Of a DNA stretch of 64,000 nucleotides, positions 9,811 to 20,655 are shown in pieces. The position numbers and the translations under genes are program-made. The DNA comes from an uncultured Gammaproteobacteria bacterium. Its GTDB lineage: Bacteria > Patescibacteriota > Microgenomatia > Daviesbacterales > UBA10151. A model generated the notes under the pieces. The model was not told the DNA's origin. It saw only the letters and a list, made by a program, of their open reading frames with translations, and made no database searches. Location: the NCBI GenBank assembly GCA_964500725.1, contig CAZCNP010000002.1:133347-197346 (forward strand). The letters run 5' to 3'. Position 1 is the stretch's first letter, and every line of letters begins with the position of its first letter.

Positions 9811-10473
9811 TTGATGGATATTTTTATTGTTATCCCCGCATTTAATGAAGCTAAAAGAATAGAAAAAGTTCTTGAAGATTTAAATAAGACTAATTTACCT
9901 ATTATTGTAGTTGATGATGGATCAAAAGATTCTACATACACTCAAGCAAAAAAGCATCGTGTAACAGTATTAAGGCATAAAATTAACTTAGGTAAAGGAG
10001 CTGCTATTAGGACTGGGTGTGAAGCAGCTTTTATGATGGGTGCTGATGCAGTTATAATGCTGGATTCTGATGGGCAGCATAAAGCAGAAGACTTGCCAAA
10101 ATTTTTAGAAAAAATTCAAAGCGGCAAATATGATGTGGTATTTGGCTCAAGAAATATGAGCTTAGGTGTACCCTTAGTAAGATTTCTTGGAAATAAATTT
10201 GCCTCTATTTTAGTAATTTTACTTTTCAAAAAATATTTTTCTGACATAATATGTGGATATAGAGCTATTACAAAAAAAGCTTATGAACGTATGCAACTTA
10301 AATCTTCCGATTATGGTATTGAAACTGAAATGGTAGTAAAAACTGCAAAGTTAAAGCTCAGATATTGCGAGATTCCTATCGAAGCAATATACTATGATAA
10401 ATTCAAAGGAGTTACTATCTTAGATGCATTTGGTATCTTATTTGATGTAATTAAATGGAAATTTAACATATGA
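9811..10473 (+). CDS. Polyprenyl-phosphate sugar synthase, GT2 (Dpm1/GtrB/ArnC-like).
   Basis: IFIVIPAFNEAKRI...IIVVDDGSKDST...LGKGAAIRTG is the Dpm1/GtrB-like soluble GT2 core. Confidence 0.7.
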   Translation: MMDIFIVIPAFNEAKRIEKVLEDLNKTNLPIIVVDDGSKDSTYTQAKKHRVTVLRHKINLGKGAAIRTGCEAAFMMGADAVIMLDSDGQHKAEDLPKFLEKIQSGKYDVVFGSRNMSLGVPLVRFLGNKFASILVILLFKKYFSDIICGYRAITKKAYERMQLKSSDYGIETEMVVKTAKLKLRYCEIPIEAIYYDKFKGVTILDAFGILFDVIKWKFNI

Positions 10474-10817
10474 TTTTAGGTCTTCAGATAATAGCTATAA
10501 TTTTTTCCCTCGTGATGCTTTATTTTGCGTATTTGCATTACCGTAGAGGAGAAATTAATGGATTGGAGATTTTATTTTGGTTTGTTGCTTGGATAGTTGC
10601 AATATTGGTTGCACTTTTTCCCGGAATTTTTAGAGCTTTTTCAGCAACAATTGCTATTTCCCGAGCTTTTGATTTGGCCATGATAGGTGGATTTATTTTA
10701 GTTATCCCTTTAACCTATATGGCATATGTTAGAACCAAAAAATTAGAAAAGAAATTTGAAGAAGTAATTCGCCAAAATGCCTTAAAGGATTTAACAAATG
10801 ATAAAAAGAAAAAGTAA
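10470..10817 (+). CDS. Small 4-TM membrane protein, GtrA/DUF2304-like. Putative polyprenyl-P-sugar flippase partner.
   Basis: 115 aa with 3-4 hydrophobic helices. It sits directly downstream of, and overlaps, the GtrB-like gene. Confidence 0.4.
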   Translation: MILGLQIIAIIFSLVMLYFAYLHYRRGEINGLEILFWFVAWIVAILVALFPGIFRAFSATIAISRAFDLAMIGGFILVIPLTYMAYVRTKKLEKKFEEVIRQNALKDLTNDKKKK

Positions 10818-11640
10818 TTTACCCAAAATTTCCGTAGTGATGCCTTGTTTTAATAGTGTTGACTATATCGAAAGATCTATACGATCTGTAGTTGAGCAAG
10901 ATTATAAAAATATTGAACTGTTTATTAAAGACGGAGGTTCTAATGATGGTACAGTCGATATTATTAAATTTTATGCAAAGAAATATTCAAACATCATTAC
11001 TTGGATCTCGGTTGAAGATAAAGGTCAAACAGATGCAATTAATATAGGTATGAAAAAAGTTAAAGGTGATATTTTAACTTATTTAAATGCAGATGATGTT
11101 TATAAACTAGGAGCGTTAAAAGAGGTTGCAGAATATTTTGCAAATAATCCAAATGTAATGTGGGTATTTGGTAAAGCTGATATCATTAACTTTGATGATG
11201 TAGAGATTAGAAAGTGGATAACACAGTATAAAAGTTTCTGGCTTAAGAATTATTCATACAATACTCTTCTAATTTTAAACTATATATCTCAAATGGCTAC
11301 ATTTTGGAGAAAGGAAGCAGTAAAGGAAATTGGTGATTTTGATGAAAAACAATATTATGTTATGGATTATGATTATTGGTTAAGATTAGGCAAGAAGTAT
11401 AAAGCAGGATTTATAAATAAGTATCTAGCAAGCTTTAGGATAACACTTGTGAACAAAAGTTCTACAGGGTTTGTAAAACAATTTAAAGATGAATTTATAG
11501 TTGCTAAAAAGAATACCAACAATAGTGTAATTCTGTTTTTGCATACTCTACATTACAATTTAATAATTTTTATATATTTTATTCTAAAATTATTAAGTGA
11601 TTTTTCTCCTCAAAAATTTCAAGAACAAAGCAATGCATAA
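10798..11640 (+). CDS. Glycosyltransferase family 2.
   Basis: ISVVMPCFNSVDYIERSIRSVVEQDYKNIELFIKDGGSNDGT...LNADDV. Confidence 0.7.
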   Translation: MIKRKSNLPKISVVMPCFNSVDYIERSIRSVVEQDYKNIELFIKDGGSNDGTVDIIKFYAKKYSNIITWISVEDKGQTDAINIGMKKVKGDILTYLNADDVYKLGALKEVAEYFANNPNVMWVFGKADIINFDDVEIRKWITQYKSFWLKNYSYNTLLILNYISQMATFWRKEAVKEIGDFDEKQYYVMDYDYWLRLGKKYKAGFINKYLASFRITLVNKSSTGFVKQFKDEFIVAKKNTNNSVILFLHTLHYNLIIFIYFILKLLSDFSPQKFQEQSNA

Positions 11641-11647
11641 GGAGTAA

Positions 11648-13385
<1,738 letters not shown>

Positions 13386-13386
<1 letters not shown>

Positions 13387-14393
13387 TATAGTTTTGATTG
13401 ATTTCTTATTCTCTCTATTAATTCTTGTACCCTGACACCAGCACTGAAGTTTGGAGTAAATTCTCTTCTATATATAATAGATTTAATAAATCGATCAGTT
13501 AATTTGCTTATAATTCTCACTCGTTCATCTTCGCCTCTTACGCCTTTTTCTTTTGAAATTGTAAGTTGTTTTGCACTTCCATCTTCATAAATTTTAATTT
13601 TAAAATTCTCCACAACACTATTTGTATTCTCTAAGACAGCTGTACCCCTATCGGAAACAAATATTAATTGATGTCTACTTAACCCAGAATTATTACAGCA
13701 AAGGTGGGCATACCCGGTGATATTTTTTTTAAACTGCAACAAGAGATCAATACCTGTTTCTCCGCCATTAATACTTTCTTTGGAGTACGAAACAAGACTT
13801 TTGAGGTTTAAGATTTCTCCTGCAAAATATTCTAAATAATAAAGAGAGTGGGAGAAGTAATAAGATAATGCTCCGCCGCCTTCGACGGCGTCAGTTTTCC
13901 AGGATGAAACTTTATTTTTAATGTCATAGCTTTGAAAATCCCAATTTAAATTAATTTGTTTTAACTTGCCTAAGGTTTTTTTATTTATTATTTCTTTAGC
14001 CTTTTGCCATTCCTCAATCTCTGGAAAAATGAAATCTACAGCATTTATAATTTTCTTTCTTTTAGCTAGGTCTAAAAGTTCTCTGGCCTCTTGATAAGTT
14101 GTTGCCAAAGGTTTTTCGGCAAAAACATGTAAGCCTCTTTTTATAGCTGTTTTAGCTATGTTGTATTGGGCGCTGGGAATAACTGCTATAGCAACAGCAT
14201 CGAGATCTTCCTTATTGAGCATCTCACGCCAGTCTGTATAAGTGTTTGTTAAGTCAATTCTTTTGCAATAGTTAATAAAGCGGGGGGTATGTTTGCCGCA
14301 AATTGCAACAACTTTGCATCCATGAGTGGAATTAAAAGCAGGCAGCAAACCATATAATCCAAAACCGGAACCAATTATGCCAACTTTTACCAT
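13386..14393 (-). CDS. Gfo/Idh/MocA-family NAD(P)-dependent oxidoreductase.
   Basis: MVKVGIIGSGFG... Rossmann N-terminus and AEKPLATTYQEAREL, the family signature EKP motif. Confidence 0.7.
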
Positions 14394-14556
14394 ATTAAAA
14401 ATATTATACTTCAGATTGTGCGGGATTTAAATCGATGTTATAATTTTTAGCCTTATGACACTGGCCGAGACTTTAAGAACCCAGTAATTCATAGACAGCG
14501 CGATTACTTTTGCCACAAACAGAAATCCCAAGCTTGGAGAGATTGATCAGAATAAA

Positions 14557-15309
14557 GTGATTAAACTAACAAGAGAAGCTGTTTTAGAAACAGCTTCTCT
14601 TGAAGAGGTTGCAAGGAATAATCCTTTACGTATTTCCAAATCTATTGATGACGCATTAAGAATTAAAGCAATTTGGGATCTTTCTGCTGTAGGCACAGTC
14701 TTAAAAGAGTTTCAAGACGATAGGTGGAAAAGTATAACTTGGATGGGATGGACAGATCGAAGAAGGCTAATCTATTCAGCGTTTTTAATGAGGCATATCA
14801 CCGAAAGAATAACAGGAAAAACACATAAAGTACCTGTAGGAGAAAAGCTTGCTGTGGATCAAATAGCAAGCCTTAAAATGGATATCGGAATGTTTAGCCC
14901 ATATCTGATATATGGTTCAACCAAAGAACAAAATGATGATGTAAGGGAAGCGCTTAAACAACCTGGTGTTATTATCCCAGAAAATAAGGTACATATTATT
15001 GATTTCCCAGAAAAACCGGTTGGGGTAAATACAATAGACCAAATGAAAAATTTCAGCTTACCCACCTCACCAGAAGCTAAAAGAGAGGATACGCTGATAC
15101 TAGTAGCCCATGCGCCTCATTTGGTGCGAGCACTTCATATTATGAATCGATTTCATCCTTTACCTAAAGGACTAGCTGTACAACCCTATCCTTTACCTTC
15201 ACCCTCTTCTGCAGGAGTTAATTATGCGATGCTAGAAATAAGTGGACTATTGTACTATACGTTTATAACGAAAGAATCTGCCGAGAAGCCTTATCCATAC
15301 AAAATCTGA
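14557..15309 (+). CDS. DUF218 (YdcF/ElyC/SanA)-like protein.
   Basis: LILVAHAPHLVRALHIMNRF matches the DUF218 S/T-x-x-H-x-x-R-A core. Paralogous to 1-288 and 31696-32418. Confidence 0.45.
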   Translation: MIKLTREAVLETASLEEVARNNPLRISKSIDDALRIKAIWDLSAVGTVLKEFQDDRWKSITWMGWTDRRRLIYSAFLMRHITERITGKTHKVPVGEKLAVDQIASLKMDIGMFSPYLIYGSTKEQNDDVREALKQPGVIIPENKVHIIDFPEKPVGVNTIDQMKNFSLPTSPEAKREDTLILVAHAPHLVRALHIMNRFHPLPKGLAVQPYPLPSPSSAGVNYAMLEISGLLYYTFITKESAEKPYPYKI

Positions 15310-15310
15310 C

Positions 15311-16591
15311 TTAGACCTCAGAGTTTTTAACTATTTTAAAATCAGGCAGAGGGATGATGAAGTCTGATTTTAGGCCCCTTGCTTTGAGTTGTTCCATAAT
15401 CGGTTTGGCATAGTGCCAGGCCAATACCACGACATATTCAGGCTGCTCATCAATTAAACGCCGGTTATTTACTATTGGTATATGCTTGCCCGGTAAAAAC
15501 ATATTTAGTTTTAATGAGGTTGGCTGTTCAGCTAAATACGGTAATAATTCTTTATCAACGCCGTAATAATTTAATAAGGTGGAGCTCCGGGCAGGACAAG
15601 AATTACCGACAACTGATTTACCCTGTTTCTTGGTTTTAAAAAGAAAGTCCATAAATTCAAAACGGGCTTTTTTAACCCTGTCGGCAAATTTAGTAAATGT
15701 TTCGAGCTTATCTAACCCAAAATCTTTTTCAAGCTTCAGTAACTCCTTAACTGCTGAACTTACTTTTTTACCTTTTCCTTTGGTAGCATAAACCCGGATA
15801 TTGCCTCCATACCGATCACCTCTTTCGACATCCGTAACTGTAAAGTCATACTGGTTAAATAACTCTATGTAGGAGCGTAACGAATAAGTTCTGAGGTGTT
15901 CATGGTAGATGGTATCAAATTGCCCTCCCCGTAAAACATCTAAAAGATAATGTGTTTCATTTATAAACACACCATCGTCTTTTAGCAGATGGTAAGCTCC
16001 CATAATAAATTCACCTAAAGTTTGCATATGGGCAAAAGTGTTTGTAGATATAACTAGCGAAGCTTTTCCATACTTCTTTTTTATTTTTTCTGATGTTTCT
16101 ATATCAAAAAATGATTGAACGGTTTTGATTCCACTTTTATTGGCAATTTTGGCAATATTTGTGGGTTCAACACCAAGTGTTTTAGCTCCTGCCTTTTTAA
16201 AGCCCTTCAATAAAGTACCGTCATTGGAACCAACATCAATAACAAGGCCTTTTGGTGTTAGGTTAAGCTTTTTTACTAAAGAAAGAGCCATCTTCTCTTG
16301 ATATTCTGCCAGTTCTTTTGTAATACCACTTCTGTAAGGATAATCAGGGTGATAAACTTCTTTTCCAGAAACGCAATAGTCCAGTTGAACACCAGTACAA
16401 TTTTGACACCAGATCATTCTTAGCGGATAAGTCTTTTCCGGTTCATTTAAGCTGTCTTTTGTGAGTAAAGTATCGCAAAGAGGTTGGTGTCCCAAATCCA
16501 AAATAGTATGAAGGTTACCAGAGTTACAAATTTGGCATTTGGATAAAGGTCCTGTTTTGATAGAGTGATGTGTAGGATATTTTAGTTTCAT
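15311..16591 (-). CDS. Zn-ribbon SAM-dependent (C-)methyltransferase-like. Paralog 2 of 3.
   Basis: CQICNSGNLHTILDLGHQPLCD Zn-ribbon. VIDVGSNDGTLLKGF methyltransferase motif. C-terminal region is collinear with the other paralogs. Confidence 0.6.
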   Translation of the reverse strand: MKLKYPTHHSIKTGPLSKCQICNSGNLHTILDLGHQPLCDTLLTKDSLNEPEKTYPLRMIWCQNCTGVQLDYCVSGKEVYHPDYPYRSGITKELAEYQEKMALSLVKKLNLTPKGLVIDVGSNDGTLLKGFKKAGAKTLGVEPTNIAKIANKSGIKTVQSFFDIETSEKIKKKYGKASLVISTNTFAHMQTLGEFIMGAYHLLKDDGVFINETHYLLDVLRGGQFDTIYHEHLRTYSLRSYIELFNQYDFTVTDVERGDRYGGNIRVYATKGKGKKVSSAVKELLKLEKDFGLDKLETFTKFADRVKKARFEFMDFLFKTKKQGKSVVGNSCPARSSTLLNYYGVDKELLPYLAEQPTSLKLNMFLPGKHIPIVNNRRLIDEQPEYVVVLAWHYAKPIMEQLKARGLKSDFIIPLPDFKIVKNSEV

Positions 16592-17967
16592 GATAGTCCG
16601 ATTCCTTTATATATTATTCCAGCTTTTTGGAAGAGGCGTTTATCATATATTCTTCTGCCGTCAATGACAATAGGGTTTTTCATTAGTCTTTTGAAAAATA
16701 CGGGAGTTAATTTGATATATTCTTTCCAAGAAGTGATGATAATTGTTGCATCAGCATTTTGAATTGCTTCCTCTACAGTGCTGGTTAAAATTATTGAAAG
16801 ATCAGCTAATTTTGTAGGTACATTGTTTTTTTGGTATACCATTGGGTCATGTACAATAACTTTGGCATTTTCTGCAAGTAATTTTTCTATTACCGTGAAT
16901 GCGGGTGATTCGCGGGTATCATCCGTGTTAGGTTTAAAAGATAATCCCAATATGGCTATTCTTTTTCCAGTCAAATTTTTTCCTAAGGCCTTTTTCAGCA
17001 GTGAAACTAACCGGTATGGTTGGGTTTGATTGATACCGATAACACTTTTTATAAGTTTTGGTTCACTTCCTAATTCGTCGGCAAAACTGGCTAAAGCTTG
17101 TACATCTTTAGGAAAACAGCTTCCTCCAAAACCACATCCGGAAAAAATGTAACTTAATATTCCCGGTTTAATGCGAACATTCCCACTTATGGGACTGAGC
17201 CTTTTATCCAGATGTACCCCTTTCCATACATCTATGACATCAATATTGCCAGCATGTTCTGCGATTCTGGCAATTTCATTTGAGTAACTGATTAGAGTTG
17301 CCAGTAAAGCATTAGCAGCATATTTTGTCATTTCTGCGGTCCAAAGATTGGTAAAGATTTTTTCAGCCGATATTGACTCATAAATTTTGGCAAATTTTTT
17401 ACCGCTTTTGATATCAATTTGTCCGATGATAATCCTATCAGGAGTTAGCGCATCCTCCAAAGCACTGCCTTCCCTTAAGAATTCCGGATTCATGCAAATT
17501 CCAAAACTACCAACACTTTTTTTAGAATATTTTTCCAATATTGGTTTAATAATTTTTTCAGTTACACCGGGTAAAATCGTAGATTTGACTGCTACAACCT
17601 GGTAGTTTTTGATTTTTGCCATGGCTTCCCCGATTTGTTTTGCAGCTTGTTTAATATAAGAGAGGTCTATTGTCTTGTTAGTAGTTGGTGTCCCAACCGC
17701 GATGATGGTAATTTCTGACTCTAAAACTGCTTTCTCAAGGTCAGTTGTAGCAAGAAGTCTTTTTTGTTTTAGTACTCTTTTTAGGTATTTATCAATTTCT
17801 GGTTCGTAAAAAGGTGATTTGCCAGCGTTGACTTTGGAAATTTTATTTTGGTCAGTATCAACACAAATTATTTGGTGACCTAATATAGCCAATGATATTC
17901 CGGTAACTAATCCTACATAACCTGTTCCAATAATAGCAATTTTCATAATGAGTTTTGCTGATACCAC
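16588..17967 (-). CDS. UDP-glucose/GDP-mannose dehydrogenase-family nucleotide-sugar 6-dehydrogenase.
   Basis: KIAIIGTGYVGLVTG Rossmann motif and GFGGSCFPKD catalytic Cys motif. Probable start MKIAIIG at 17946. Confidence 0.8.
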   Translation of the reverse strand: MVSAKLIMKIAIIGTGYVGLVTGISLAILGHQIICVDTDQNKISKVNAGKSPFYEPEIDKYLKRVLKQKRLLATTDLEKAVLESEITIIAVGTPTTNKTIDLSYIKQAAKQIGEAMAKIKNYQVVAVKSTILPGVTEKIIKPILEKYSKKSVGSFGICMNPEFLREGSALEDALTPDRIIIGQIDIKSGKKFAKIYESISAEKIFTNLWTAEMTKYAANALLATLISYSNEIARIAEHAGNIDVIDVWKGVHLDKRLSPISGNVRIKPGILSYIFSGCGFGGSCFPKDVQALASFADELGSEPKLIKSVIGINQTQPYRLVSLLKKALGKNLTGKRIAILGLSFKPNTDDTRESPAFTVIEKLLAENAKVIVHDPMVYQKNNVPTKLADLSIILTSTVEEAIQNADATIIITSWKEYIKLTPVFFKRLMKNPIVIDGRRIYDKRLFQKAGIIYKGIGLS

Positions 17968-19052
17968 AATAAAGTATTAGTTAAGCCTTGATCTAGTGAT
18001 ATTTCCGGATTATAGCCCAAATCTTTTTTGGCTTTTCCAATTCGCGGACAACGGCGGTTAGGACTATCGGTTAAATAGTTTTTGTCATGACTTTTTTCCA
18101 TAACTATCTTCCCCCGATAGCCTAAATGTTTAACTGCCAAATCTGCCATAAGTTTAGCTAAATCATACATAGAAATTTCCGGCTTCTCAACTCCAATGTT
18201 ATAACTTTCGGCTGCTTTACCTTTCAGTAATACTTTTAAGTATCCAACTACTGCATCTGTAACATAACAAAATGTCCGCGTGGGAGAGCCGGTAGAGAGT
18301 AAAACAATATCCTTATTTGGTAAAATATTCTTAGCAAAATCAGGAATAACTCTGCCGTCAGTTATTTTCAAACCCGGTCCATAATTATTAAAGGGCCTGA
18401 CTATTTTAATAGGTAAATTGTGTGCTCTTGAGAAATTGACACAAAGAGTTTCACCAAATCTTTTTGATTCATCATAGCAAGCCCTCGGACCAGTACAGGA
18501 GACATTTCCGCGGTAAGTTTCCGGAGTAGGAATATTTTCCGGAGTAGGATCGCCATATATTTCGCTTGAAGAAAAAAACAACAATCCTTTGACCGGTTTT
18601 TTTATCCCTTTTCTTTTAACCAAATAATTTAAGATGTTATAAAGGCCCTGAACATTGGCATTAATGGTTTCTATTGGGTATTGGCGGTAAAAGATTGGTG
18701 AGGCAATAGAGGCTGCATGAATTATGTAATCAAACCTGACGGAGAGATCAGGTTGGTATCTTGTAATATCTGCTTTAACTGTCTTCAGGTCATTTCTTTT
18801 ACTTAGCCACTCCGGTACTCCATTTATAAAAGTATCTAAAGCATATAGGGTAATTTTCTTTTTTGGATTTATATCATTCCACAGCAGAAGTGATTTAATA
18901 AAATAATAACCTAAAAACCCGTTAGCTCCGGTAAAAAGAATAGTTTGATTTTTCAGAAGTTCAAACTCTTTTTTGGCTTTTGTATAGATGTACTTCAGAT
19001 CATTTTCTTCAACAGGAGTATTATTTATTGACATTATTTCCAGACTTTCCAT
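17943..19052 (-). CDS. UDP-glucuronate decarboxylase-like extended SDR (UXS/ArnA C-terminal domain family).
   Basis: SSSEIYGDP...GPRACYDESKRFGETLC...DGRVIPDF closely matches the UXS signature (GPRACYDEGKR..ET, DGRVVSNF). Confidence 0.7.
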   Translation of the reverse strand: MESLEIMSINNTPVEENDLKYIYTKAKKEFELLKNQTILFTGANGFLGYYFIKSLLLWNDINPKKKITLYALDTFINGVPEWLSKRNDLKTVKADITRYQPDLSVRFDYIIHAASIASPIFYRQYPIETINANVQGLYNILNYLVKRKGIKKPVKGLLFFSSSEIYGDPTPENIPTPETYRGNVSCTGPRACYDESKRFGETLCVNFSRAHNLPIKIVRPFNNYGPGLKITDGRVIPDFAKNILPNKDIVLLSTGSPTRTFCYVTDAVVGYLKVLLKGKAAESYNIGVEKPEISMYDLAKLMADLAVKHLGYRGKIVMEKSHDKNYLTDSPNRRCPRIGKAKKDLGYNPEISLDQGLTNTLLWYQQNSL

Positions 19053-19807
19053 TTGGGATCTTCATTCCAAAGTTTATTTAGATTGTTGACATCAGGATAA
19101 GTATCCATTGAATGCCAGAAACCATTGTGAGCATATATAGTCAGTTGTCCTTCTTTAATTAATCTTTTTAAAGCATCGTGTTCATATTCCCCTTTACCGA
19201 TATAGTCAAAAATTTTCTTTTTAAATATCATAAAACCACCATTTATCCAGTCATTCAAAACGGGTTTTTCTAAAAACTGGTAAGCAACTCCGTTTTTATT
19301 CATCGTTAAGATGCCATATCTGCTTCTGGGGTGTACCCCTGTAATCGTTCCAATCAAATTATGATCTCTGTGGAATTCAACCAACTGCTTGATATTGATA
19401 TCCGAAACACCGTCTCCATACGTAACCATAAAACTTTCATCATTTTCCGGTATAAAATCTCTTATTCTTAAAATCCGTTCTCCCGGTAAGGTTTCTTGGC
19501 CGGTGTCTACAAAAGTGATTTTAAAGTCATCCTTGTTATTTTGGTTACGATGAATTTTTGCGTGTCCGGTTTTTGTATACAGAGTAAAATCATCAGTGAA
19601 ATATTTTTGATTAAGAAAATAATCTTTAATATAATCACCTTTATATCCCAAAGCAATGATAAATTCATTAAACCCGTAGTGGGAATAAATCTTCATGATA
19701 TGCCAAAGAATTGGTTGACTGCCAATAAATACCATTGGTTTTGGTTTAAACTCGGTTTCTTCTTTTAATCTGTATCCAAGCCCGCCGCAAAGAATAACTA
19801 CTTTCAT
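19034..19807 (-). CDS. rfbF: Glucose-1-phosphate cytidylyltransferase (RfbF/DdhA-like).
   Basis: MKVVILCGGLGYRLKEETEFKPKPMVFIGSQPILWHIMKIYSHYGFNEFIIALGYKGDYIKDYF is near-canonical for RfbF. Confidence 0.8.
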   Translation of the reverse strand: MKVVILCGGLGYRLKEETEFKPKPMVFIGSQPILWHIMKIYSHYGFNEFIIALGYKGDYIKDYFLNQKYFTDDFTLYTKTGHAKIHRNQNNKDDFKITFVDTGQETLPGERILRIRDFIPENDESFMVTYGDGVSDINIKQLVEFHRDHNLIGTITGVHPRSRYGILTMNKNGVAYQFLEKPVLNDWINGGFMIFKKKIFDYIGKGEYEHDALKRLIKEGQLTIYAHNGFWHSMDTYPDVNNLNKLWNEDPKWKVWK

Positions 19808-19908
19808 AAGTCTTTAATTATTTGATTTTAATTATAAAGCTGATAATAGTCAAGAAATATTATAAATAGAATTTTTCAATTCTTTTTGTTAGTATATAAG
19901 GGCTTATT

Positions 19909-20616
19909 ATGGAAAGTTATGTTCAGCACTTACAGGAGATGTCTTCACCGCTGACTTTTATCAGAAAAAAAAGGTATATTGATTACAATTTAAAAAAATA
20001 TTTTAAAGAATTAGGCTATCAAAACTTACAGGTTTTAGAAGTGGGGCCAGGTTTGGGTGAATTTGAAAGCTATTTAAATGACAAGCGTGTTTATTCAATT
20101 GATATCGTTGATAATGATCAAACGATTTTAACCTATGTTACTAAACGATATAAAATAAATAGAAGCTTTTTATCCAAAAGTTTGAAAGATGTTGATAAAA
20201 AGCTAGGACAATACAACTTCATCTTTTTAATGCAGGTTTTGGAACACTTGCCTGCTTCGGAATACATCATTACTTTAAAACTTTTATACTCCCGTTTAAA
20301 CAAAAACGGCTATTTAATAATTGTGGTACCAAACGGGAATAATCCACTAGGTTTAATTGAAAGGTATGCTGATTTGCAGCATACAGGTTGTTTTACTCAA
20401 ACTTCTTTAAAAGACCTTGTGCGTACTTCAGGAATAAAAGATTACAAATTAGAAATAAAAGGATATGAAATACCACCATATGATTTTATTAATTTAATCA
20501 GGATTTTTTTACAAAAAATTCTCCACTTTATTTTATATTTAATTATGATAATTAATGGAGGAAACTATTTTAAGATTATGACCCCAAATATTGCACTAAT
20601 TATTAAAAAAAATTAG
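19909..20616 (+). CDS. Class I SAM-dependent methyltransferase.
   Basis: VLEVGPGLGEF...FIFLMQVLEHL. Confidence 0.5.
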   Translation: MESYVQHLQEMSSPLTFIRKKRYIDYNLKKYFKELGYQNLQVLEVGPGLGEFESYLNDKRVYSIDIVDNDQTILTYVTKRYKINRSFLSKSLKDVDKKLGQYNFIFLMQVLEHLPASEYIITLKLLYSRLNKNGYLIIVVPNGNNPLGLIERYADLQHTGCFTQTSLKDLVRTSGIKDYKLEIKGYEIPPYDFINLIRIFLQKILHFILYLIMIINGGNYFKIMTPNIALIIKKN

Positions 20617-20655
20617 TCTCAATATCTTAGGATTTGTTGGAACATTGTTCCCATT

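Noticed and set aside
17943-19052. Considered calling this SDR the CDP-glucose 4,6-dehydratase (RfbG) because it overlaps the RfbF-like gene.
   Set aside because: The motifs GPRACYDESKR..ET and DGRVIPDF match the UDP-glucuronate decarboxylase (UXS/ArnA) signature far better than RfbG. It also sits beside a UDP-sugar 6-dehydrogenase.
20617-20655. Short palindrome ggaaca-t-tgttcc between the convergent genes 19909-20616(+) and 20656-21699(-), as a possible bidirectional terminator.
   Set aside because: The stem is only 5-6 bp with an essentially 1-3-nt loop and no clear U-tract. It is too weak to call as a terminator.
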